Source of the DNA: Fonticula alba ATCC 38817
Taxonomy: Eukaryota > Protista > Nucleariida
NCBI GenBank assembly: GCA_000388065.2
Contig: KB932204.1
DNA: 44,032 nt
Direction: 5' to 3' (one strand)
Numbering within the stretch: the first letter of the stretch is position 1; the number at the start of each line of letters is the position of its first letter. Under the pieces are notes generated by a model. The model was not told where the DNA came from. It did not search any database and saw nothing but the letters and a program-made list of their open reading frames with translations. This document shows, piece by piece, positions 22,087 to 33,223 of this stretch. Made by a program: the position numbers and the translations under genes.

Positions 22087-25047
22087 CTATGTAAGCCGCA
22101 AAGAGCCCGGAAGGGGCGGGCGGGGGGGGGGGAGGGAGGGGGGACCTTCAATTAGAACCTTAGAGGATACGCCCCCCCCGGGAAGCTGGCAGAGGGCAGG
22201 CCCGGCAAGAGTGCGTGCAGGAGGCCGTTGGGGCAGCGCCGGGATGACATACCTTCCTGGGATGACTTGCTCTGGGAGCCCGGCGAAAAGAGAAAAAGAC
22301 AGGAGAAAAGGCGCGCGCGCACGCGCGAATAGAAGGGGGGAGTGTGCCCGCGGCCGACCGCTCTGTGATTGGGAGGTGGGAGGCTATACGCAGGCCCTCT
22401 TGGAGTGGTGTTGATCAGCGTCCACCGGCGGACTATTGCGAGGCATGAGAAATAGGGTGTCAACAGTGGACCAACGCGTAGCTTTCGCCAAGAGCCTCCC
22501 CCCGCCGAGGAGTGCCGCCGTACCGGAAGAAGCCGAGACACAAGCCCCGAAGGAGACACGCCAGCAGGCTCAGGGAGGGAGGTGTAGCCCCACAGGCGTC
22601 GCTCGGGTGTGAAAGGAGGCAGGGGTGCGCCGGCGGGTGGCCTTTGGGGGAGGCGAAAAAAAGGGGAAAAGATCGGCGCTGGAAATCGAGCAAGAAGGAG
22701 CGAAGGCGCGAGGAGAGAGAGAGGGGGGTGCGTGGGGAAATTGAAACATGCCGTGGCTCGTATGGGGGATAATGTCTCAGAAAAATGACAAAATCGCCTG
22801 GCGATTTCCCCGGATGAGGCGGGGGCCGGGGCCCGGGTGGCGCGAGGCCCGAATGCCGGGGGGCGGGGTACCATGGGGCTTGGGGCGTGAATGGCATGCC
22901 ATTGGGCCCGGCCGGCTGGGTCTGATGCTGAGCCTGCGCACCCGCGGTGGCCTGGCGGCTGCCCCCTCTCCCCCCTCCAGCCGCCTGGGCCCCCGGAGTC
23001 ATGAAAAAGCCAGGACTATCGAAGACTCCGCAACCTCCATTCACTCGTGCCCCCTCGCTGGTCATATCCATGTGCCAAGAAGGGTTTACTACCATCGACA
23101 GGCCTGGGCATCAGCGAGGCATCGGGGGGAGGGACTCACGAAAGGCGGTCACACTGGGGCAACCCACCCCCCCCCCCCCACACCACCCCCGGGCGGTGCA
23201 CTCATTGCGCCAGGCCGGCGAAATGATCGCCCTGTGGCTTGCGATTCAAATGGTCCCAGCGTGTGGAGCTCCGAGCCGAGATTTTAACATTTCTGCGCGA
23301 GGTACACCACGCAGGGCAGCCACAAGCACACGAGGAAATGGTGTCCACTCGACGGGTCGACCATTGAACCCCCTTTGCGAAACGAGGAGGCATGGGGCGG
23401 CGGGGCGAGGAGGGGGGCAGAGAAAGAGAGGGGAAAAGAGCGCACCGAGGTGGAGACTCGGACCAAAGCGCCATGATGGATAAATGGACGCCCACGCGGT
23501 GACACATTCCCCATGCGCCTCCCTCCGGACCGCTGCCCCCGCCGCCACGCTGTCTTTCACACATTCACACGCCACGAGATGCACACCCACTTCTGGGTCC
23601 CCTTGCCTCCTGCCTGACTTCGAAAAATGGCCCCCGATGTCCGAATGAAAGCCGATGGGAATCCCTTACTCAGAAGGCAGAGGGGGGGGGGGGGGGGGCG
23701 AGATCCCTATTATTGATGAATATTTCGACATAGAATATATAAAGAGCCGGAAAATATTGTTATTTATTGTAGCAAAGGATGCGGAACACGTTAGTTCAGA
23801 CACCCCCTGAGCGGGGACGCGGGGGAATGCTCTCCTGGCCCGCCTTTGGCCAAGGACAGCGTGGCACTGTTGCCCCTACTGCCTCATCCATCGGATGGGA
23901 GCCAACTTACCTGCCCACATTCGCAGACACACACACACCCACACACACATATATACCTACATACACTTGTCCGGCGCTTTAAAAATGGAACAAGGGGAAG
24001 TCTCGCCTTGCTGGGGTAGGCGCACAGGCCCCATGGAAAATCTTCTCTGATCGATACAGTCAGTGTGGGAGAAGCGCCCCGCTGGACCCGGGAGCCGACA
24101 CAAAGGATCCCTCTAGCCCCGCAAGTGGGGCACGCGAGCCTCACCCGCAATCACCCCAAACCCTCAATCATGGAATGGTGTGCCCCACCCAGGCGCAGAA
24201 GAATATAGCTATTAATTGATGGTCCAGTTAAAGGAGATTTTGGCGCGAACATCTTTGACTCGCAATGCCCACGCACATCCCAACGCCTTGGTGCGCAGTT
24301 ATTCCCACCGATGCCCGGGCCTCCGATCAGTGGTGATATGTTGCCCATGTGATGTGGTCATGCCCCGGCGCATGTCACGCAGGAGGCCGATGCGTTGCTC
24401 GAGATGCACGCGGGGCCTCCCGGCCCTCTGGGCCCGCCTTCCGGGGGGGGCGCACAGGCGACATGGAGGGGCCAGGCGACCAGCCCCGAGTGGGGAGGGC
24501 CGCAGCAAGACACACCAGAACGGCCGACCACCGGACCAGAAGCCACCGCAGACCGTGGGCTGCAGCGTGGCTGCCGGCACGCGTGTGCCCTTCGACCGAT
24601 GGGCAGGGACGGAAGTCTCTCCCCCCCCCCCCCCCCCCCTTGGGCTCGCGGCACCCCGCATTGCCACGGGCCCTCTCCCCTCCCCCTCCCCCCCTCTCGG
24701 ACCGGGTGCCAGTGGGATCGCTTTGCCATTGGCGCCAGTAAGGGTGGGGCAGTCGCGGCCTCCGTGTTCGCGTGTGCGTCCGGGGGTGCGTGCGTGTCTG
24801 TAGGTCCGTCTCTTCTCGGGGTCTGCTCCCTGTCGAGGCTCTGGATCTCGGGGCCATCTGTCTGCACTCCTCTTCCCTCCCCTCTTCCTTTCCTGTCGCA
24901 GCACTCGCCTCCTCCTCCTCCTCCTCCTCTTTCTCTCTCCTTCCCTCCATACGCGCCGCCCCCCCTGCATTCCCCCTCCTCTCTCTCTCTCTCTCCTGTG
25001 CCCTTGAGTAGCCAGCCCCCGGATCCCTGGCGCCGACGTCGTCCACC

Positions 25048-28000
25048 ATGAAGTTCGGCTACCGCGTGCGTCCTCCCCTCCTTCCTCTTTTGTCCTCGGT
25101 CGCGGTGGCTCCACTGTTGGCCTCAGGTCATCTGACATGGCTCTTGCCCATCTCGCCAACCACCACTGTTCCCCCTTCAGCTCTCGAACGTTTGTGGCAC
25201 AGCATACAAGCGCGGCAACATCATCTTCTCCAAAGACGGTAACACGGCCATCAGTCCCATTGGCAACCGCTTTACCATCTATGACCTTGTGCAGTATGTG
25301 CCCCCATTTCTGTCCCATGCCATATGGCCCCATGCTCTCTCGCGGGCCTGTGTCTTACCCACCCGAGCTCCGCAGCAACAAGGCCATCACGCCCGATGTG
25401 CAGACCCGCAAGGATATCGCCTCGTTGGCTCTCTCCCCGAATGGCGCCACGCTGATTGCGGTCGATGTGGGTGCGTCTTTCTCCTCCCTCCTTGGCTCCC
25501 TTTCTCGGGTTGCTTCGGTGATTTCCCAGCTGACATGACCGCGGCCTGTCTTTGTCGACGCACAGACGGCCACGCCATCCTGGTGGACCTGTCGCGTCGT
25601 GTCACCCTCCACCACTTCAACTTCAAGGAGCCAGTCAATCACATCTCCTTCTCGCCGGATGGTCGGTATGTCTGAGCCCTGTCTCCGCCATCCTTGCATG
25701 GCCGCCGGCATCCCCATGTGCCCTTCGAGCTTCCCCCCCCCCTGTAGCCCGCCATCCTGCACCCGCCTAACCTCCCTCCCATTCGCTCGCACCATCTGCC
25801 CCTCTTGACCTCGCCCACCAAGCTTCTTTGCTGTCACCCACGGTAAGCTGATCCAAGTCTGGCGGGCGCCGGGTTTGCACCGAGAGTTTGCGCCGTTTGT
25901 CCTCTTCCGCACGTATGGCGGCCATCTGGATGAGATCAACCACATTGAGTGGAGCCGTGACAGCCGGTTCTTCCTGTCCAGCAGCCGTGACCTGACGGCC
26001 CGGCTGTTCTCCCTGAACCCGGAGAAGGGGTTCGTGCCGTTCACCTTCACCGGGCACAAGGACTCCGTGGTTCGGGCCTTCTTTTCGGCCGACCATCAAA
26101 CCATCTACACCCTTTCCCGGGATGGAGCCATCTTCAGCTGGGGCAAGGAGCAGCTCACCAAGCGCGAGGCGGAGAAGCACATGCAGAATTACCTGCGCAC
26201 CAAGCAGCGCAAGGCGCCGCTCATCTTCGGCGACCAGGACACCTCGACTGACGCCTCGGGGGCCAATGTCTTCAAGCCGCGTGAGATGCCCGGCTTCGAG
26301 CCCGGGCAGAGCATCTTCACCCTGCGCTCGGATGAGGAGGGCTCTTCCTCGGACTCGGATTCCGACTTCGAGGGGGAGCAGCCGCTGCAGGCCGGGCTCC
26401 GCAAGGGGGCCGGTCGCGCTGCCCCCGGCACCGGTGCCGCGCGGGTGGACTTCCGTGGGGCCACCTGGCGCCTGAAGGCCCGGCACTTCTTCAACCTGCC
26501 GGACGCCAGTGCACGCGTGACGTCGGGCGACTTCCACCGCGCCTCCGGGGTCCTGGTGGTGGGCTTCTCGCACGGTGTCTTTGCCCTGTATGAGATGCCG
26601 GACTTCACGTCGATCCACACGCTGTCGCTCAGCAGTCAGCATGGCATCACCACGGCGGCCTTCAATCCCGACGGCCAGTGGATTGCTTTGGGCCTGCGTG
26701 GGGCCGGGCAGCTGGTCGTCTGGGAGTGGACCTCCGAGTCGTATATCCTCCGGCAGTCGAGCCATTCGAATGGCGCGGTGCCCCAGTGCGTGGCCTACAC
26801 GGCGGACGGGGCGCATGTGGCCACCGGTGGCTCGGATCACACGGTCCGTCTGTGGAGCACGCGCGACGGCAGTTCCGAGGTCACTTGGAATGAGCACACG
26901 GCCGCGGTGACGGACTTGGCCTTCTCGCGCGGGGGCCATGTCCTGTTTTCGGCCTCGCTGGATGGCACGGTCCGGGCGTATGACCTGCTGCGGTACCGGA
27001 ACTTCCGGACCTTTGCCGCGCCGGAGCCGGTGCAGTTTGACTGTGTGTCGGTCGATCCGTCCGGCGAGCTGGTGTGTGCCGGCACTCGAGACACCTACTC
27101 GCTGTATGTGTGGAATGTGCAGACCGGGCGCTTGCTGGACGTCCTGTCCGGGCATGAGGGGCCCATTTCCTGTGTGGCCTTCTCGCCGGTGGATGGAAAT
27201 GTCGTGGCCACCGGGTCCTGGGACCAGCAGGTCCGCTTTTGGGATGTATTCAGCGGCCGTCGCATTGGCGACCCGCTGGCCCTGGGGTCGGATGTCCTGG
27301 CGCTGGCCTATCGGCCGGATGGCGAGGAGTTGAGTGTCTCCACGCTGGATGGGCAAATCCATGTGTGGTGCACGCGCGAGATGACGCAAGTGGGCACCGT
27401 GGATGGTCGGCGGGACATTGCCGGCGGCCGAGGCGCCGCTGACAAGGTGACCGCGGCCAACAATGCTGCCAGTCGGCACTTCACGTCTTTGGCCTACTCG
27501 GCGGATGGTCGTTCGGTGCTGGCGTGTGGCGTGTCGCGCTTCATTTGCATCTACGACATCCAGTCGCGGCAGTTGCTGACGAAATTCCAGCTGACGCGGA
27601 ACCGCTCGCTGGAGGGGGTGCTTGACAAGCTGAACTCCAGTCGCATGGCGGCCGGCGTGTCGCTGGATCTGATCGATGATGTGTCGGACTCCGAAGATGA
27701 GGAAGCCGCGCGTCTGGTTGGATCCCACCTGCCGGGTGTGCAGTCGGGTGACCTGTCCCGGCGTCGGACTCGGCCGGCCATCCGGGCGTATGCCGTGCGC
27801 TTTGCTCCGACCGGTCGGGCCTTTGCCTGTGCCACGTCCGAGGGGCTGCTGCTGTATTCGCTGGATTTGGATGGCGATGGCGCGGTGTACGACCCGACCG
27901 ACTTGTCGGTGGAGCTGACCCCGGAAGCGGTGCGCGAGGCTCTGGCCGGGCGGGAGTACCTGCCGGCCATCATCATGGCCATGCGCCTCGGCGAGGAGTC

Positions 28001-28451
28001 TCTCCTGCAGGAGGTGTATGAGGGGATTCCCTTGGCATTGGCTCCGCTGCTATCGCGTCAGGTCCCGACGGTGTACCTGGCCCGGTACTTGGCCTTCATC
28101 GCCAAGCAGATTGAGATTACCCCGCACATTGAGTTCCACCTGGGCTGGGTTCGGGGCCTGCTCCGGAGCCATGCGTACATCATGCGCCAGTCGGCCGCCT
28201 ATTATGGGCCCTGCCTGCGGTCGGTGCACCGGGCCATGACGGCCCGCGTGGCGGACATCGGTCGCGTGGCCGATGACAACCAGTTCCTCTTCGACTATCT
28301 GGCCGATATGACGAGTGTCGTGCTGAACGAGGCGGCCGGCACTGATGGCGAGTCGGACGGCGAGTCGGACGGCGAGTCGTCCTCCGCCGCCGAGCTGGAG
28401 GACAACTTGGCCGATACTGCCAGCGACGCTGAGATCGAGGACCAAGAGTAG
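25048..28451 (+). CDS. PWP2: Periodic tryptophan protein 2 (PWP2/Utp1), WD40 SSU processome subunit
   Basis: N-terminus MKFGYR|LSNVCGTAYKRGNIIFSKDG..ISPIGNR matches the PWP2 start; multiple WD40 repeats (GH...F.PDG...WD), LLRYRNFRTF, and a Utp12-like C-terminal region (PHIEFHLGW) with an acidic tail; TAG 28449-28451. Confidence 0.95.
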
Positions 28452-29276
28452 AAATGCGGCCGTGACATCGACATACCGCTGCCGTGACTTCTCCCATCCT
28501 CTCCCTGGTATCTGTCTCTCTCTCTCTCTCTCTCTCCCGCCCTCGCTGCCCCTCTTTTCTCCTTTAGGAAGAGCAGGGGAGCCCGAATGTGTGCAAGTCG
28601 CGGCGTGCTGGGGGGGGGGGGGGGTCGTCGACCGGACAAGATGGGAGATAAGATGCGGCCGAACATGCGTCCGCGCGTGCAAAAGCGCAACGCCCTAATG
28701 GCTTGCGGCGGTGTGGGGACGCGATGGCGCGCTTGCGTTGAACATTTTTAGATTTCCCTTCCCTCCGCCCGGGGGCTGCCCTTGTCCCCCTTTTCATCCC
28801 CCCCCCCCCTCTCATCTCTCTACCCTTCCTTGTATGCCCTCATCTGTCCCCTCCATAGCCTTCACCGATGTCTCTCCTGTGCCTGCCCATGTGTGCCCCG
28901 CCTGCATCTCCCTGCTCCCTTGATGCATCAAGATGCTGGGACGAATGCTTGTCCGAACCGACACCCGTGCACCAGCACGTGCGTAAATGTCTGCATGCAC
29001 ACGCTTGCTCCTCCTCCCTCCCTCCTCCAATCGGCACTTTCTCCCTCCATGAAAAAATAATATACCCATCAACTCAGCTTGTCCAGGCCATGGATGTCTG
29101 CTCTTTGTCCTCGGCAACTTCCCCCTACCACCACCCCCGCCGCAATCGGCCCTTTCCCAGGATCTCTCTCTCTCTCGTCAGCGCGCAGATCGATGCCTGG
29201 GGTCCTGCACTGCACACGGACCCCCCCGACCGCGACATGGAGAGCCACCTCCGGAGCAACAGCAGCCGAGAGAAAC

Positions 29277-29281
29277 AAAAA
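29277..29281 (-). terminator. Pol III terminator (T5) downstream of tRNA-Ser
   Basis: TTTTT on the minus strand 4 nt after the tRNA 3' end. Confidence 0.7.
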
Positions 29282-29285
29282 TATG

Positions 29286-29367
29286 CGCTGGCAGCAGGAT
29301 TCGAACCTGCGAAGGCAGTGCCCATTGGATTTCAAGTCCAACTCCTTAACCACTCGGACATGCCAGC
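29286..29367 (-). tRNA. tRNA-Ser (anticodon UGA), 82 nt, intronless
   Basis: Reverse complement GCTGGCA..TCCGAGTGGTTAAGG..TTGGA-CT-TGA-AA-TCCAA..long variable arm..GCAGGTTCGAATCCTGC-TGCCAGC-G: perfect acceptor, anticodon and T stems, G discriminator. Confidence 0.97.
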
Positions 29368-29512
29368 ACATTATGAGGGAGTGGCCTCGGAAATGTGTAT
29401 TTGAATTCTTCGCCACGAGAACAGACATGTGGCTCCACCTCCCCGATAGGGCGGCATCGCACGCCGAATGGATGGAACGGGAATACCTTTCCGGTTGCCG
29501 CATCCCCCCCCC

Positions 29513-29582
29513 NNNNNNNNNNNNNNNNNNNNNNNNNNNNNNNNNNNNNNNNNNNNNNNNNNNNNNNNNNNNNNNNNNNNNN
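29513..29582. other. Assembly gap (N run)
   Basis: N characters flanked by poly-C. Confidence 0.99.
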
Positions 29583-30696
29583 CCCCCCCCGGCCACGCGC
29601 TCCTCACTTTCGTCGATGGAATCAACACGTCGACTGCCGAGGGCGGGGAAGAAGAATACCCCCTCCCCCCCTCCCCCGACACACAGGGCCCGAATAAATA
29701 TTGGCCCCAGATATCGTCCGCTCGGGAAGGCGAAAAGCTCTGCATTATGGCGGTCTTCTGTTTGGCCAGCCCGACGGGTTGCATTTTGGTTCCAGCGGCG
29801 ACCGATGGCCGCTGATCACGCACGCGTGTCCAATGACACATCCGTGGGCATTTAGAAACAACCCCCTCCGTCGGGTGGATGCATCTTCCGAGCCGCACAG
29901 CACTCCGCTGGTTCAGGGCTCCAGCCATTGTCGCCTGGACTCCGGGCAAACAGTAGGTTTACGTTATGTCCTGGGAGGCGGGGTTCGATGCGTGTAGAGG
30001 CTCCCCCCCCCCTGTTCGCGAGGGCGGACCGGGGGGGGGGGGGGCCACTTGTGGCGCGTGTGCGCGCGGCCGGCATGTGTGTCCCCGCACAGTCCCGGAA
30101 CGGTGGGGCGGGCTGGGGGGTGTTTGGGCGGACTAGATTCCCGGGGGCGTGGTGGCCGCGTAGCGCAGGCGACCGATGCCCGGAGGGCACACCGCCTTTG
30201 GCCGTGTCTCGGGCGGACCGCGCGGCACCCGTGAAATGCACGGGGCGCTGCACGCTATGCTCCTCCCCTCGAGCCATCCAAAGGGGGGTTGTCGTCCCCC
30301 CCGGAGGACGTGCTCCGCGGCTTGCGGCGGCTCGCGAAGTCCCACTGGTGGCCACCTGTGGAGGGCGTTGAAGGCTCAATCAAGCCTCAAAATACCCTCC
30401 GCGCATGCGTTCTCTCCCCCTCGTTCGCACGCCTTTCCTCCACACAGAAAGGGCGCCCGGTCGCCGGCTCGCGTCTCCCCCGAGGGGCTTCCTCTCTCTT
30501 CTCAAAGGGTCAGATTGCACACCGCGCCCGGCCTCTCCCTCCTCCCCCCCCTCACCTGCATCGCCCCCGCCTTGCACCTCGCCCCGCGCTCCTCCCCCCC
30601 CCTCTCTCTCCCCTCCTCGCCTCCCGCCTCGCTCCTTCCTCGTAGTTGCGCCTGTTCCGACTTCGATCTCGCGTCGCCCTTTCCCATCCAGCAACG

Positions 30697-32351
30697 ATGT
30701 CTGTCGCCGCCGCCGCCGCCGCCAACGCCTCCTCGGCCGTCCCCACCATCCCCAACGATGCCAGTGCGTTTCGTTTCTGGATCCTCCTGGTCTTTCGGTT
30801 TGGCTGCTCTCTATTGGCTGCTGCCTCTGTGGCCGGGGGGGTTTAATCACTTTCTCTTCCCCTGACAATCCCTCCCCCCCCCCTCCTCGCTTCCCTTTCC
30901 CCCAGTCCTCGGCTCGGTCACCATTGATGCCCTGGTCCTGATGCGCATCATCAAGCACTGCAATGAGAGCCCCAACGCCACTGGGCACATTCTCGGCTTC
31001 CAGACCCCCGACCCGACCCAGGCCAACACGATTGTCTCCAACCTGAGCCACTGCTACGCTCTGCCCAACTTGGGTGCCATCTCCAACAACAACTCCTGGG
31101 GCTTCAGCATCTCGCCGGCGCAGATCCGCGACGGTTCGTCCTTCTTCTTCTTCTTCTTCCTCGCCTCTCCCTCGTTTCTTTCATCCCGCTCTTTGATGAT
31201 TCGTTGCCCGCTCGTCTCCCCCGTGCTTGCCCCCGTCTCACCCACACGTTTGCCCCTCTCCCCCTCTATTTGCCGCCTTTGTATTTCTTCTTTTTTTTTT
31301 TTGGTCCTCGCCCCCAAACCGGTGCCTTGGCACTCCCAGACAAGATCGCCTACTCCTCCAGCATGCTCGATGCCCTGGTGGACTTCAATGTCGAGGCCAA
31401 CGTCTTCGGTCTGTACCGCGCCATCCAGTTCGGCGAGGTGGTCAGCTTCGAGGTGATTGATGATTTCCTGGCCCTGGAGCACCCCACCGCCACCATGATC
31501 ACCTACGACCCGATTCGCAGCCAGCACGGCGCGGCTGCCCTGCGCGCCTTCCGCATTTCCAAGGAGTTCCTTTCCCTGAGCGCTGCCAAGGACATCCGCC
31601 GCATCCCCTCGGAGGACTATGCCAAGGCTGGCCTGACTTTTGACAACATCTTCGAGGAGATCCCCCTGACCATCCGCAACTCTGCCCTGGTCAGCGCCTT
31701 CCTGTTCGACATGCCGAACAAGACCAACCTCTCGCAGCTGTCGGTGCGTGCCCTCCTCCTCCCCCCCCCTCCCCGCCATCCTGGTTCTCTCGATCTCGTC
31801 GCGGCATTCTAACCCTTTGGCCGTCTCCGAAAATGGGGCCTGTCCCTCGCCTTTCCCCCTTCTTGTCTGATGGGTTCTTTGTGCTCTTCTCGATTTCTCG
31901 CGTCTGCGCGTGCGCGCGCATATATATATATACACACAGCTCCCGGACAACGTCTACTTCGAGCGTGTCATCGACGCTCTGGCCGATCGCATCAACGACC
32001 AGACTCACCTTACTGCCAGCATGCGCCAGTACGGTGGTCGCTACCTCCATAACAAGAAGGTATGTTCCTCTCCTGTCTTTTCTCCCTGCCCGTCTTCGAC
32101 ACTCCCCCCCCCCCCCCCCCTGCCCCCCCCCCCCCCCCCCCCCCCCCTCCCCCCCCCCCCCGATCGATCCGGGCTGCGTTGACTCACATGTGCCCATCAT
32201 CTTCCTTGCCCTTTAGCAGGCCGTCACCGAGGAGTCCCGCCTGAACGCTCTGCTTCAGTGCACCCAGATCGAGTCCTACTGCAAGCAGGTCAGCCAGTTC
32301 GCTGGTCAGGCTCTGCCCAAGCTCTTCCTTGCCAAGGGTGACTCCCAGTAA
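30697..32351 (+). CDS. EIF3H: Eukaryotic translation initiation factor 3 subunit H (MPN domain), multi-exon
   Basis: VTIDALVLMRIIKHCNE...GHILG, ITYDPIRS..G...LRAFRIS, IFEEIPLTIRNSALV, and C-terminal SRLNALL...QIESYCKQVSQF...LPKLFL; ATG 30697, TAA 32349-32351. Confidence 0.9.
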
Positions 32352-33223
32352 ATGAGGGACCTCTCGTTTGCTGCCGCCCGTCTCGGGGTCTCCACGGTGG
32401 TTTCTACTTCTCCCTGCCTTTCCCAGCCTCCTCCCCCCTCTGCGGGGTGCCCCCCTGTCCTTCGTCAGCCGCGCCTCCTCCCCCGCTGCTTCCCATCAAC
32501 CAATCTTTTCCCCCCTCCCTCCTTCCCCTTCTCTGTGCATGCTTTCAGATGATGTGGCGTCCCAGCATGCCTACTCCCTCACGCTTCTCTTATCTCCTGC
32601 AAGGGGAAGAGCTGTCTGTGGACCAAGAGGAGCGGCGGGTGTCCCCGCTGAGATTTCCCCTCCCTGGCTTTTGCGCCGCCGCATCCCACCACCTCCGACC
32701 CAGGCGCTGGCGCGCTGCGCGTTGTCTCCGCCACCCCTTCCTCCCCCCCCCTCCCCCTCCTGCCCTTGTACAACACCCCAATAACAAGTTTCATAAATCC
32801 CCCATACTCGTGTCCTATTTGGCTCTTTTTTCGATGTTCATTGCCTGTCAAAATCCGCGATGTGAAGCACCCAAGGAGACGGTGTCTATTTCTCCCAGCT
32901 GAGGATTGAGAGGAGGATGGCGCGCTGCACTGTCCCGTGTTGACTGGGTAGCGGGAGGGCGTGATCGCGCGCATGGGCGCGCTTACAGAGCGGGGCGCAA
33001 GCATTGATACTTGTGTGTGCGCGCGTGTGCGTGTGCGTATGTATGTAGGTTTGTGTGTGTGTGTGTGTGTGTGTCCGTGTGGGCGGGAGATAGGAAGAGG
33101 TGCGGGCTTTTTCCTAGGAGGACTGCTTGCGGTGAGCATGCGGGGATGTGTGCTCCTCTCGGACCGGGAGGAGGCGTGTCGCCGGGCTTGTTGGTGTTTG
33201 GCCTCCGGCCGGATCCCGGACTA

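Noticed and set aside
24255-24260. W-box (TTGACT) upstream of the WRKY gene suggesting autoregulation
   Set aside because: A single hexamer in about 2 kb is expected by chance.
25767-27728. Long antisense ORFs (e.g. 653 aa opposite PWP2, 687 aa at 32983-35046, 445 aa at 17796-19133)
   Set aside because: Shadow frames of GC-rich coding sequence with no family motifs.
29286-29367. tRNA with TGA in the anticodon loop as a possible selenocysteine/suppressor tRNA
   Set aside because: Anticodon UGA reads Ser codon UCA; tRNA-Sec would need anticodon UCA and a longer acceptor/T arrangement.
29690-30000. Possible RNase P/MRP RNA (GGGAAGG motif) between the tRNA and eIF3h
   Set aside because: No matching CR-I/CR-V P4 pairing could be found; more likely eIF3h promoter sequence.
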